Shown here in pieces: positions 50,677-63,770 of a stretch of DNA of 64,000 bases. The notes beneath the pieces were generated by a model. That model ran no database searches. It was not told the origin of the DNA and saw only the letters and a list, made by a program, of their open reading frames with translations. Both the position numbers and the translations under genes were made by a program. The DNA lies in assembly GCF_963921235.1 (NCBI RefSeq), contig NC_086097.1, positions 24,430,001 through 24,494,000 of the forward strand, in the 5' to 3' direction. The stretch comes from Mobula hypostoma (taxonomy: Eukaryota). Positions within the stretch are counted from its first letter, which is position 1. Each line of letters starts with the position of its first letter.

Positions 50677-51252
50677 ACGACCCAGTAAAAACATTTAATC
50701 CCACTACAGCATCGCCGTTCTTGTTACATACGTAACAGTTCCCCTCCCGTAGTGTAGACTGTATGGTGAGGTATGAAAGGTGATGATCTGAGTTGGGATA
50801 ATGGCATCAGTTGGACAAAGTTTCTCTGGAACCCTGGAAGTTTAATGATGACAGTACTTCATTCCATCTCCCAGTGAATCCATTCATCATGTGGCTTCTC
50901 AGCCTTAGTGGCACCCCCAGCTTTCGGCAACCTACTCTGACACTTTGAAGAGGATGAATTTCCCACTGAATCGCTGCAAGTGATTCTGTCACTTGCTGTA
51001 ACCGCACCACAGCTTGGCTGGTAATGGAGAGAGGCGCCAGCAAACACCTCAGTGACGCAGGGGAAGGGATCGAGGGATTTAATTTCCTCAAGAAACTCGT
51101 TCACCTCGTCCTTCCAGCACAGCCTTTGGTCTGTTTCGGGACTAAATTGTTTTCTCTACAGATCCATTTCTGAAAGATAAGATCAGTGTGACACTCGGTT
51201 GTTTGTTTGCCCTTTGGGTGAGATTTCTTCTCTCAACCTTTTTTCCCGTTGT
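50677..51252 (-). other. Exon-like unique block (possible pseudo-exon or lncRNA exon)
   Basis: Acceptor gtttgctttcag, donor |GTGAGT, 576 nt, one frame broken only by three TGA codons. No homology recognised. Confidence 0.25.
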
Positions 51253-51661
51253 CTGAAAGCAAACTGGGACAGTATTTAAAATGAATAAGATGTCTGCTTC
51301 AAGATGAGAGGGGGAAGGAGCCATTCAGCCCATTTCTTCCATGCCAGCCATTTTAACAATGGTCCTATTGTTGCTGCATACACGTCATGGCTAGAATATA
51401 AAAGCAAAAATGTAATACTGAGGCTTTATAAGTGTCAGGCCACACTTGGAGTATTACAAGCAGTTGTGGGTCCCTTATCTAAGAAAGGATGTGCCGGAAT
51501 TGTAGAGGATCCAGAGGAAATTCATGAGAAATGATCCAAGGAATCAAAGGGTTCATGTATGAGAAGTGTTTGATGGTTCTGGGTCTGTATTTGATGGAGT
51601 TTAGAAGAGTGAGAGGGGGATCTCATTAATACCAGTTGAATATTGAAAGTGCTGCATAGAG

Positions 51662-51997
51662 GCCGGCTGATGGTGCAATGACATCAGCGTCGGACTCCGG
51701 AACGAAGGTTCCCGGGTTCGAATCCAGTCGGAGCCACTCCCGAGTATGCTTTCCATCCGCGCCGGGTTGAGTGTCGAAATCGCAACTCGACCTCGTAAAA
51801 TAAAGGGAAAAATACTGTGAAATGTCTGTGTGAGGAGTGGTGCACCACACAGTCTCTCTCTCGCTCCGCGCCTTGTAAAGGCATGAAAAAGACATCGTCC
51901 CGCCAACATCGCACACGCGCACATGCACACACGCACAGATGGATGCACGCACACAACGCACAGACGAACACGCACGCACGCATATGCCAAAAAAAAA
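51662..51997 (+). mobile_element. Young tRNA(Arg-like)-derived SINE with poly(A) tail
   Basis: B box GGTTCGAATCC (51715-51725), A-box-like TGGTGCAATG, CpG-rich body, A9 tail, perfect 17-bp TSD GAAAGTGCTGCATAGAG. Confidence 0.9.
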
Positions 51998-52076
51998 GAA
52001 AGTGCTGCATAGAGTGGTTATGGAGAATCTGTTTCCATTAGTCTAAGACCAGGGAGCACTGCCTCAGAATCGAAAT

Positions 52077-54120
52077 AGTCATAGTCATACTTTATTAATC
52101 TCGGGGGAAATTGGTTTTCGTTACAGTTGCACCATAAATAATTAAATAGTAATAAAAACATAAATAGTTAAATAGTAATATTTAAATTATGCCAGTAAAT
52201 TATGAAATAAGTCCAGGACCAGCCTATTGGCTCAGGGTGTCTGACCCTCCAAGGGAGGAGTTGTAAAGTTTGATGGCCACAGGCAGGAATGACTTCCTAT
52301 GACGCTCTGTGCTGCATCTCGGTGGAATGAGTCTCTGGCTGAATGTACTCCTGTGCCCAACCAGTACATTATGTAGTGGATGGGAGACATTGTCCAAGAT
52401 GGTTGCAACTTAGACAGCATCCTCTTTTCAGACACCGCCGTGAGAGAGTCCAGTTCCATCCCCACAACATCACTGGCCTTACGAATGAGTTTGTTGATTC
52501 TGTTGGTGGCTGCTACCCTCAGCCTGCTGCCCCAGCACACAACAGCAAACATGATAGCACTGGCCACCATAGACTCATAGAACATCCTCAGCATCGTCCG
52601 GCAGATGTTAAAGGACCTCAGTCTCCTCAGGAAATAGAGATGGCTCTGACCCTTCTTGTAGACAGCCTCAGTGTTCTTTGACCAGTCCAGTTTATTGTCA
52701 ATTCGTATCCCCAGGTATTTGTAATCCTCCACCATGTCCACACTGACCCCCTGGATGGAAACTGGGGTCACTGGTACCTTAGCTCTCCTCACGTCTACCA
52801 CCAGCTCCTTAGTCTTTTTCACATTAAGCTGCAGGTAATTCTGCTCACACCACGTGACAAAGTTTCCTACCGTAGTCCTGTACTCAGCCTCATCTCCCTT
52901 GCTGATGCATCCAACTATGGCAGAGTCATCCGAAAACTTCTGAAGATGACAAGACTCTGTGCAGTAGTTGAAGTCCGAGGTGTAAATGGTGAAGAGAAAG
53001 GGAGACAAGACAGTCCCCTGTGGAGCCCCAGTGCTGCTGATCACTCTGTTGGACACACAGTGTTGCAAACACACGTACTGTGGTCTGCCAGTCAGGTAAT
53101 CAAGAATCCGTGATACCAGGGAAGCATCCACCTGCATCGCTGTCAGCTTCTCCCCCAGCAGAGCAGGGCGGATGGTGTTGAACGCACTGGAGAAGTCAAA
53201 AAACATGACCCTCACAGTGCTCGCTGGCTTGTCCAGGTGGGCATAGACATGGTTCAGCAGGTAGACGATGGCATCCTCAACTCCTAGTCAGGGCTGTCAG
53301 GCGAACTGGAGGGGATCTAAGTGTGGCCTGACCATAGGCCGGAGTAGCTCCAGAACAAGCCTCTCCAGCATCTTCATGATGTGGAAGGTCAATGCCACTG
53401 GTCTGTAGTCATTGAGGCCGCTGGGGCGCGGCGTCTTCGGCACAGGGACGAGGCAAGACGTCTTCCACAATACAGGAACCCTCTGGAGCCTCAGGCTCAG
53501 GTTGAATACATGGCGAAGTACTCCACATAGCTGAGGGGCACAGGCTTTGAACACCCTGGTACTGACACCATCCGGTCCTGCAGCCTTGCTTGGGTTGAGA
53601 CGTTTCAGCTGTCTTCTCACCTGTTCGGCTGTGAAGCCCACCGTGGTGGGTTCGTGTGGGGAAGGGGCAGTTATGAGAACAGGGTGGGGGACTGTGAGGA
53701 GGGGTAGGAGGGGAGAGTGGAATATGTATTGGTTGGGGCCGACAACAGCTGACTCATGTGGGGGATGGGCAGAGGCCACAATGTCAAACCTGTGACATTG
53801 TTAAAGAACAGGTTAAATTCATTGACCCTGTCCACACTGCCTTCAGCTCCTCTGTTGCTAGTTTGCTGGAACCCAGTGATGGTCCTCATCCCCCTCCAGA
53901 CCTCTCTAATGTTGTTCTCCTGGAGTTTCCACTCAGGCTTCCTCCTGTACCTGTCTTTAGCCTCCCTGATCCTGGCTTTCAGGTCCCTCTCTATTGTCCT
54001 CAGCTCCTCCCTGTTTCCATCTTTAAACGCCCTCTTTTAGCGTTCAGGATGTCCTTAATGTCCTTTGTCACCCATGACTTGTTATTTGAATAACAAAGGA
54101 CAGTTCTTGTCGGAACATTG
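52077..54120 (-). mobile_element. Rex1/Babar LINE, 5'-truncated (~2 kb)
   Basis: KAAGPDGV, DYRPVALT, DFSSAFNTI, PQGTVLSP, KFSDD, YKYLG, and an (ATGACT)n tail. Confidence 0.93.
52232..53779 (-). pseudogene. Non-LTR reverse transcriptase of the Rex1/Babar element, disrupted
   Basis: ORFs 53297-53779 and 52232-53215 are separated by a stop/frameshift. The endonuclease domain is missing. Confidence 0.9.
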
Positions 54121-54984
54121 TCGAATCTTGTCGGAAATATATCCCCTTAGACAGAGATGAGGAATTTCTTTAGCTAGAGGGTGGTGAATCTGTGAAATTC
54201 ATTGCCACAGACAGCTGTGGAAGCCATGTGATTAGGTATATTTAAGGTGCAGGTTGATAGATTCTTGATTAGTAAGAGATCCTAAGGTTATGGGGAGAAG
54301 GCAGGAGAGAATGTGGTTGAGAAGGATAATAAATCAGCTATGATCAAATGATGGCCCAGGCTCTGTGGACCAAATGGCCTAAATCTGATCCTTTGTCTTA
54401 TGATCTTATGGTCTAAATCAGCATGTGGCTGTTCACCCCATTGTTCTTGGAACAGCTTCTTGAAGGAAAATCTCACCGCCACTGTGTTCAATTGGATTAT
54501 AAGGAAAGAGGCTTACTTGTTTGCCAGTAGAAATCGCAGAGATGATTTACTTTATAATGCAGCAAGCTCAAGTACTTAATTTCTAGCATCAACCTTCTAC
54601 TTAAGCTGACTTTGAGCTTGGCAGGATGTGTAAAATAAAATTTAGCTTCTGCCACCAAGTTTGCCCCGAACAGTCTCCGATCGCAACCAATTAGATCAGG
54701 CCGGGAGTAAAGCAAAAGATGGATGCAACCCAGACAGAAAGGTCACCCAATCTCCACAAATTTGGTGCAGAAAGGCTTCTATTAAAGTCAGTGGCAGCTG
54801 AGAATCCCTGTGTGCAGGTCTGGCTATTTTGCGTGTTGAAAAGAGTTTGTGAACAAAAACTGTTTGTATTTATAGAACAACACAAAACCATCCATTGGAG
54901 GCTCACTGGTCCATTACTGATTTGAAAGTTGACTCTGGATGTTAGAGTAGACTTGATTTTAGAGGTGAGATATAAGAACGAGGG

Positions 54985-55925
54985 CATTCAGTACAGGAGC
55001 TGAGATGTTACGTCGAAGCTGTTTAAGACCCTTCAACCATCAACCAAAAGGCTCCTGAACCATTGTGGATATCGTCACTCATCTCAACTCTGAATGGATT
55101 CCACTACCGATGGACTCACATGCAAACAACTCGTTCTCAATATCATTTATTTATTTGCACAGTTTGTCTTCTTTTGCACATTTGTTGTTTATTGGTCTTT
55201 GAGCATAGTTTTTCATTGATTGTATCATATTGTATTTCTCTATTCTATTGTGGATTCCTGCAAGAAAATGAATCTCAAGGTAGAAAATTTACTTTGAACC
55301 TTGAAAACTAATTTGAGTATTGTGTGCAGTTCTGGTCATCTAGACACAGGAAAAGTATCAATAACACGCTGGAGGAGCTCAGCAGGTTGGGCAGCATCCG
55401 CAGATTATTTTGTGTTTAAGATATCAATAAGATTGAAGGAGTGCAGAGAAAATACATATACAAGGATGTTGCCAGGTCTTGAGGACCTGAGTGATAGGAA
55501 GAGGTTGGATAGATGAAGACTTCATTCCTGGAGTGCAGGAAAATGTGGGGAGATTTTGTAGAGGTGCACAAAATCATAAAGGGTAGAGATAGTATAAATG
55601 CAAGCAGTTCTTTCCCCTTAGGTTGGGTGTGACGAGAACTAGAACTGGGTTTAGGGGTGAAAGATGAAATATTTAAGGAGAATCTGAGGGGGAAATTCTT
55701 CATGCAGAGGGTGGTGAGAGTGTGGAACAAGCTGCCAGCAGAAGTGATGGAGGTGGGTTCAAATGTTTGTATGTAAGAGAAGTTTGGATCGTTACAGGGA
55801 AGAAAGAAGTATGGAGGACAATGGTCTGGATGCAGGTTCGTGGGACTAGGCAGAAAACATGGTCATCATTGACAAGATGGGCCAAAGGGCCTTCACTGTG
55901 CTGTAGTACTCTGCAACTCTATGAC
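54985..55925 (+). mobile_element. CR1 3' fragment with nested LINE-tail and Penelope fragments
   Basis: TTTGAGTATTGTGTGCAGTTCTGGTCA, TRMLPGLEDLS. Insertions at ~55030-55305 and ~55360-55417. Confidence 0.75.
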
Positions 55926-57898
55926 CATAAGAAGGTCAGAGTAGAAGGAAAAAGTATATGGAGAGAAATAATAACTTACACCCTTACAGCTGTGACTTTG
56001 TTAGAGTCATGGAGTTATAGAGTTAAACAGCAGAAAACAGGCCATTCAGCCAAACTGGTATGTTGCTGACAACAGCATCCTCCCTGCAAGGCCCAGTTGG
56101 CTACATTCAGCCCTTTGCACACTAAGCCCCTCCACTCTAGGTATCTATCCAAATGCCAATCTATATATATATTTAAAAAGTTACTTCTCAGGTCTCTTTT
56201 AAATCTCTTCCCTCTTGTTGTCAGTGGTGGAGTGATATCAATGGGTTAAAATTCATAGAGAGGTACAAGAGAGAAGCAGGCTATTCAGCCCTCCAAGTCT
56301 GGGCGATCTATCAACCATCCCTTTACACCATTCTTACATTGCTTCAATTTTTATTCTCAACGGTCATCGACAACCACCCCCCGCCCCCGACCCCAGCTTC
56401 TACCACTCATCCACACACTAGAGGGAATATACAGTGGCCAACTCACCCTCAAACCTACACATCTTTGGGATATAGGAGGAAGCGAGAGCACCTGGAGAAA
56501 CCTACTCAATCACAGGGAAGAGATGTACTGGCTTCATTTCACAGGATCGCAGGAGGCTGCAGAGGGCAGTAGACTCAGCCAGTCTATCATGCCACGGGCC
56601 TTGCCACCACCAGGAAGGTAGCATCCGTCATTAAGAGCCATCACAATCCAAAACATGCCTCCTTCTCATTACAGTACTACCATTGGGGAAGCAGTACAGG
56701 AGCCTGAAGATGCACACTCAATATTTTAGGAACAGCTTCCTCCCCTCTGTTGTCAGATTTCTGAACACTACCTCAATATCTTGCTCTCATTTTTCACCAT
56801 TTTTTTTATATTTCTTATTTGTGCTTATAGTAACTTCCATATCTTCTACTGTACTGCTGCAAAGCAACAAATTCCACATCATATCAGTGATAATAAACCT
56901 GATTCTGATCTCAATGTTTTAGAAACAGCTTCTTCCTCTGAATGATCCATAAACCAATGAACACTACCTCACTATTCCCCTTTTGTTTTTGATTATCGTG
57001 ACTTTTTTTTATATCTTGCACTGTCTGTAAACTACCTTTGTCTGGACATTACCTGAACAATTGCCTTGCTGCAGCTCCCGCAACACTGTACAGCCACCAC
57101 AAAGTGCGTGTACACCCTGTCCTGTCTGAATGCCCACCGCACCCCCCACTTCCACTGCCCAACTCACAGACACACTCTCACCCTTCACAGGTCACTTTTC
57201 ATCTGTTATTGCTGCTCTTTCACACAGTTATACGACTGCTCATTTTATGATAATAGTGCCAGTAACATTACACTGCCTTGCATAAACACGCACCTCTCAC
57301 TTTGTGCCATCCTGTCAATCTTCAAGCCCTGTCACTCAGGGGCTTGGGTTAATGTTATTTTGTGACTGTGTGCCGTGTGTGACTATACTGCATGTATTGT
57401 GCTTTGTACCCTGGCCCTGGAGGAATGATGTTCTGTTTAGCTGTGTACATTTGTACGGTTGAATGACAATAAACTTGAACTTGGAAACAGCAGATTTCAT
57501 AACATATGATAATAAAACTGATTCTGATTCAGGCAGATTCCAAGGTGGGGATTGAAGCCCGGTTTCCCGTGCCTTGAGGCAACGACTCTACTGGTTATAC
57601 CACCGTGGCACCCAACTTAATTACCTGCCCATGGCTGATAAACATTAATTTTTCCCTTCATTGTTCTGGTCTCTCTGTCTGGTTATTTCCACTTGGCATT
57701 GTTAGAATCATCTTTGGAACACAGGAGGTTTCATTTCGTGAATCATTAACTAGTTTCATTACATCAGGACATTTGTAAACTCTCTATGAATCAGAATCAG
57801 ATTATTGTCACTGATATATGTCATAAAATTTGTTGTTTTGCGACAGCAGTACAGTGCAAAATATTTTAAAACTTACTATAAGTTACGATAAGCAATCC

Positions 57899-58410
57899 AG
57901 GTGACAGGGTGGAGATGTGTCTCTACCAAAGGGGGTGTTCAGGCACTCTTTCCCTCCACTCGCCTGCACATCACCCTTGGACAAGGTGTAGCACCTGCTC
58001 AACCCCCGATCAGGGTCACATGAAGCCATAGGAGCAAGTAGTGAGTGGACGGTTGTACGAGCAGCTGGTGCATATCACAAGTTCTGGTTATGTGACCATT
58101 GACACCAGGCAGACAATCTCTGAAGAGTATTGATAATGGCTGGGGTCACCTATCTTGTAAAGACACTGCCCTGAAGAAGGCAAACACGAGGAATTCTGCA
58201 GATGCTGGAAATTCAAGCAACACAACTCAAAGTTGCTGGTGAATGCAACCTCTTCCTAGAGATGCTGCCTGGCCTGCTGCGTTCACCAGCAACTTTGAGT
58301 TGTGTTGCCCAGAAGAAGGCCTCTTCTGTAGAAAATTTTGCCAGGAGCATTCAGGATCAAGGAAAGACCATGATTGCCCACATCACGCAACAGGGCACAT
58401 AACGAACGGA
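57899..58410 (+). mobile_element. Second copy of the RTE-related SINE, split by a Penelope hairpin
   Basis: Colinear with 7985-8350. Confidence 0.8.
58182..58308. mobile_element. Mini-Penelope hairpin insertion
   Basis: 31-bp arms GCAACACAACTCAAAGTTGCTGGTGAATGCA / TGCGTTCACCAGCAACTTTGAGTTGTGTTGC, flanked by the duplication CC(T/A)GAAGAAGGC. Confidence 0.85.
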
Positions 58411-60589
58411 CAGACAATAAACAATAATTAGATCATGTCAAAGAGGAATCGTGAGGTAGTCTTTCATGGACCAGTCAGAAATCTAATGGCAGAAGGGAAG
58501 ATGCTGTTCCTAAAACATCGAGTGTGGGTCTTCAGGCTCCTGCACCCCCTCCTCAATAGTAGCAAAGAGAAGAGGACATGTCCCAAATGGTGCGATTCCT
58601 CAATGGTGGATGCTACCTTCTTGAGGCAGTGACATTGAAGATGGCCTCAATGGTGGGGAGGCTTATGTTTGTACTTACACCAGGATTCGATACCTGGCAT
58701 TGATGCAGTCCAGAGCACATCTGGTTTCCTACTAAGTGTCCTGTTAATTGTGGTGGGCAAAAGACTGTGGGCATGCGGGTGCAAGGATTGGTGAGGAAGT
58801 CCATATTAACCTAATCAACACCTATAGGGTAATATGAGGAGTGACATTAGCATTCAATAGGCTAGGCCTGATTGTAAATTCCAGACAAGCAGCAATTTAT
58901 CAGCTGCATTAACGGCATAAATCTTAGTTTGCTCCCTGTCCACTTACTTTCTTCATAATGACTGCACTGTGTAATGAGTTTTATGTTGAAGAGAATAAAC
59001 CTAGTTAGCTGGTTCAGAGTAGGTTGCCAATAAATGCTGATGATAATTGCATTCAAATGCTTAACATATGCATGACATTTCTTTCAATGAAAGGTTGTCA
59101 AACCATTTTATTTGAAGAAGACATAGAGGGCTGCAATAAAGGTCACACAACTATCTCCATTCCCTTTCTTTATGATGGCTCCTGCTTTTCCAGCGGAAGT
59201 TGTTCTTAATCTTATTGTAATCAGCAAAATAGTGGAAATGTTTGCCAAAGACTTGCAATGGAGGCAGAAATATCTACAGACCAGCAGGAGATCACTCAGA
59301 CCCTTTTCCACAATGTTTTATGTGCTTCCCAACCAGTGAGTTACCCTTGTAGTGTAATAATCAGTGTAATGTAGGAGATGCTCCAGCCATTGGCACCCCA
59401 CGGATTGCAATGAGGTAAATAGCAGATAGCTTGTCCATTAGAGATATTATCTTAGTCAGGACATTAGGGAGAACTTAGGTACATGATTTAAGGCTTTTGT
59501 ATCTTCTACCCAATCAGATAAGGGGGACAGAGAATGTCCAGGGTGGGTGGGGGTCGTTGATCTGTTGGCTGCTTTACTGAGGCACTGAGAAGCACAGAGA
59601 TGAGGATGGTTTTCGTTATGTGCTGAGCTGCGTCCAAACTCTCTGGACTTTCTCAGGTTCGCGGCAGAGCAGTTGCCATACCAACCTGTGATGCATCGGG
59701 ATCAGATGCTTTCGACGGTGCATTAATAAAAATTTGATGGGGTCATCCATGAAGTAATTTTATCAAACAGGGATGTCACTGGCAAGAATGGTGCCGAGAG
59801 ATCTTTTATGTCCACTCAAGAGGGCTGATGAGGTGGGTTTCTGTTTCAAGACAGGGCAGCACCCTCTCAGCACACTGCTGGACTGTCAGCCATGGTCTTC
59901 TGGTCTAACCTTTGGGCTGTACATTTCCTTGTTTGAGCTTTTGGCTCAGTACTGAGAGTGGTATCGAATGAATCACACAAACCTGCTAAAAGGGAAAAAT
60001 TACTGAGGTATTTCTCTGGCACAGTTGTGTTAAATGATGACTCTGAAAGGAACATGCACCTGTGGTCAAGAAAGGATGAACCTCTCAGTGAAAGATACTT
60101 CCTAAAACATCTCTCTGCCGTGCGATGGGATCAGAAGCTGATCATTGACACTAGACCAACATCTCTTCCACTCATCAGTCCCCCGTCACTTTCAAGAACA
60201 TTTTCACCATTGATTATATTACTGCTGTCTCCACAATCTTGCTTTAGCTGTCTGTTGATTGATGCAGTCTGCTCTGTTGTCACTTTGAATCAGAGTCAAA
60301 GACAAAGTCAAAGCAAATTTACTGTCAAAGAGCGTATACTTTGCTATATAAGGTCACAGAGTCACAGACAGCTGCAGCTCAGAAACAGGCCCTTCGGCCC
60401 GTCTGGTCCATGAGAACTATTTAAACTGTCTAGTCCCAGCTATACTAACTTGAAGTTCATTTCCTTGCAGATATTTATAGGAAAAATAAAGAGATACAAT
60501 AGAATTTATTAAAAGCTATACATACACAGAGACTGCCAAACAATCAATGTGCAAAAGAAGACAAATTGTGTAAAAACATAGTACTGAGA

Positions 60590-61195
60590 ACACGAATTGT
60601 GTTCTCACTTAACATCAGTGAAACCAAAGAGTGGATGTTTGTCTACAGGAGGAAGAAGCTGGAGGTTCGTGAGTCACCCCTCACCAGTGGATAAGAGCTG
60701 GAGAGGGTCAGTAAAGTTAAATTCCTTGGCTTTATTATATCAGAGAATCTGTCCTGGGATGAGCACACAAGTGCTATCATAAGGAATATACGATGGGCCT
60801 CTACTTTTTTAGAAGTTTGTGCAGAGTCAGCGTATCACATAAAACTTTGACAAACTTCTATTGATACACAATGGAAAGTACCCTAACTGGCGGCTTAACG
60901 GCCTGGTAGGGGGACACCACGCTCAGGAACAGAAAAGTCCACAAAACATGGTGGATACAGCCCAGTTCATCACAGTAAAAGCTCTCCCTGCTATTGATAC
61001 ATTTATGTGGAGCACCATCACAAGAAAACAGTATTTTTCAACTGGGGCCCCCACTATCAAGGCCATGCTCTCTTGTCACTACTAACATTGGGCAGGAGGT
61101 ACACACACCACTAGGTTCAGGAACAGTTAATACCCTGAAACAATCTGAACTCATCACACAGATTCCATAACCTTCAGACTCACTTTCAGGGATTC
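60590..61195 (+). mobile_element. Old Rex/Babar-type LINE C-terminal fragment
   Basis: Degenerate LNISETKE, KFLG..ISENLSW and TLTNFY motifs. Confidence 0.65.
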
Positions 61196-61197
61196 CA

Positions 61198-62390
61198 CAA
61201 TAGAAACATAGAAAACCTACAGCACAATACAAGCCCTTTGGCCCACAAAGCTGTGCCGAACATGTCCTTACCTTAGAAATTACCTCTGGTTACCCATAGT
61301 CCTCTATTTTTCTATGCTCCATGTACCTATCCAGGAGTCTCTTAAAAGACCCTATTGTATCCATCTCCACCACTGTCACCGGCAGCCCATTCCATACACT
61401 CACCACTCTCCGCATAAAAAAACCTACCCCTGACATCTCCTCTGTACCTGCTTCCAAGCAACTTAAAACTGTGCCCTCTCATGCTAGCCATTTCAGCCCT
61501 GGGGAAAAGCCTCTGACCATCCATACGATCAATGCCTCTCATCATCTTATGCACCTCTATCAGGTCACCTCTCATCCTCCGTCACTCCAAGGATAAAAGG
61601 CCGTGTTCACTCAGCCTATTCTCATAAGACATGCTCCCCAATCCAGGCAACATCCTTGTAAATCTCCTCTGCACCCTTTCTATGGTTTCCACATCCTTCC
61701 TGTAGTGAGGCGACCAGAACTGAGCACAGTACTCCAAGTGGGGTCTGACCAGGGTCCTCTATAGCTGCAACATTACCTCTGGGCTCCTAAACTCAATCCC
61801 ACAATTGATGAAGGCCAATGCACCGTATGCCTTCTTAACCACAGAGTCAACCTGTGCAGCAGCTTTGAGTGTCCTACGGACTCGGACCCCAAGATCCCTC
61901 TGATCCTCCACACTGCCAAGAGTCTTACAATTAATACTATATTCTGCCATCATATTTGACTTACCAAAATGAACCACCTCAGACTTATCTGGGTTGAACT
62001 CCATCTGCCACTTCTCAGTCCAGTTTCACATCCTATCGTCTCCGCTGGTCATCGATCTCCATGCAGAATATGACCCGGCTACAACCACTCTTTGCCTTCT
62101 GTGGGCAATCTAGTTCTGGATCCACAAAGCAATTTCCCCTTGAATCCCATGCCTCCTTACTTTCTCAATAACCCTTGCAATGGGGTACCTTGTCAAATGC
62201 CTTGCTGAAATCCATATACACTACATCTACTGCTCAACCTTCATCGATGTGTTTCGTCACATCCTCAAAAAATTCAATCAGTCTCGTAAGGCACGATCTG
62301 CCCTTGACAAAGCCATGCTGACTATTCCTAATCATATTATACCTCTCCAAATGTTCTTAAATCCTACCTCTCAGGATCTTCTCCATCAAC
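61198..62390 (-). mobile_element. CR1 ORF2 fragment, internally deleted
   Basis: MEFNPDKSEVVHFG, MRGDLIEV, (CATAGAAA)-type tail on +. Deletion near 62045 relative to 35412-36622. Confidence 0.93.
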
Positions 62391-63148
62391 ATTCAGCCAT
62401 ATTTTCAGTCTCCTTCCTCTGTACCAGCTTCGATTCGGCTGACATCAGCAACCTTAAATATGGCATTGGAGCTGTGCTTAAATATATAGTCATAGATTTA
62501 AAGTGAGTAGAGCCAGAGGCCAAGCACACAGCCTTGTGGTGAACCTGTGCTGATGGTGATTGTGAAGATATTGTTGTCAATCCATACTGACTAGGGTCTG
62601 CAAGTGAGGAAATCGAGGATTCATTTGCACAGGGAGGCGTCGCGGCCCAAGCCTTAGAGCTTAATGATGAGTCTGAGAGGATGATAGTGTTGACTGTTGA
62701 GCTGTAGTCAATGAAAAATATTCTTTGAAGTCTGTTGCTGGCCCTTCTCCCTTTACTCTAAAGGCTTAAGCAATGTCTGGAACTGGAAGAAACAAATACT
62801 AAAATGCTCCAGGCCTGCTCTCTCCCACTAGGGCTGCATCATTTGCCTTGTGGAAACAGAAAACAAATCAGAGAGCATTTGTGGAATGTGAAACAGTTAA
62901 CACATCAGCATTCTGGTGAAAGGTCTCTGACCTGAATTGTTGACTGGCTGAATTATAGAATGTGTGAATCTGAGGGAGCAGCTTGCAATGAATCACTACA
63001 AATGCTGCCCAACCTGCTGAGAGTTGGAAGTTTTTTCTCGCTTTAGTTCCCTTTGACCACAGTGTTAAATGCAACAAGGGTACAATCTATTGTTCTGCAA
63101 ACTACTTCCTCTATTCACAGGTGACACTTCACCTGTGAGTCGACTGGG

Positions 63149-63442
63149 GTGATATACTGCGTCCGGTGCTCCCGATGTGGCCTTTTATATATTGGCGAGA
63201 CCCGACGCAGACTGGGAGACCGCTTTGCTGAACACCTACGCTCTGTCCGCCAGAGAAAGCAGGATCTCCCAGTGGCCATAGATTTTAATTCCACATCCCA
63301 TTCCCATTCTGACATGTCTTTCCACGGCCTCCTCTACTGTAAAGATGAAGCCACACTCAGGTTGGAGGAACAACACCTTATATTCCGTCTGGGTAGCCTC
63401 CAACCTGATGGCATGAACATCGACTTCTCCAACTTCCGCTAA
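63149..63442 (+). pseudogene. GIY-YIG endonuclease domain of the Penelope-like element (5'-truncated, frame open)
   Basis: VIYCVRCSRCGLLYIGET.RRL..RF.EH ... LE ... GMN, with the PLE-typical CxxC between the GIY and YIG motifs. Confidence 0.92.
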
Positions 63443-63734
63443 GGCCCCACCTCCCCCTCGTACCCCATCCGTTATTTATTTTTAGACACACATTCTTTCT
63501 CTCAGTCTCTTTTTTCTCCCTCTGTCCCTCTGACTATACCCTTTGCCCATCCTCTGGGTTCCCCCCCTTGTCTTTCTCCCCAGACCTCCTGTCCCATGAT
63601 CCTCTCGTATCCCCTTTTGCCTATCACCTGTCCAGCTCTTGGCTCCATCCCTCCCCCTCCTGTCTTCTCCTATCATTTTGGATCTTCCCCTCCCCCTCCC
63701 ACTTTCAAATCTCTTACTAACTCTTCCTTCAGTT

Positions 63735-63770
63735 AGTCCTGATGAAGGATCTCAGCCTGAAACGTCACTG
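63735..63770 (+). ncRNA. Minimal hammerhead ribozyme motif
   Basis: AGTC-CTGATGA-AGG-ATCTCAG-CCT-GAAA-CG-TC-ACT: core intact, one G missing in helix I relative to other copies. Confidence 0.6.

Larger units (their letters stand above)
51380..54415 (+). mobile_element. CR1 3' fragment split by a SINE and a Rex1 LINE
   Basis: CR1 segments 51380-51661, 51998-52076 and ~54135-54415 are colinear. Confidence 0.85.

Noticed and set aside
51662..51735. Possible tRNA-Arg gene
   Set aside because: It is the head of a SINE bounded by a TSD and poly(A), and the cloverleaf is not intact.
59958..60413. 151-aa plus-strand ORF
   Set aside because: GTG start, no recognisable domain, no clear splice support, and the 3' end runs into repeat tails.
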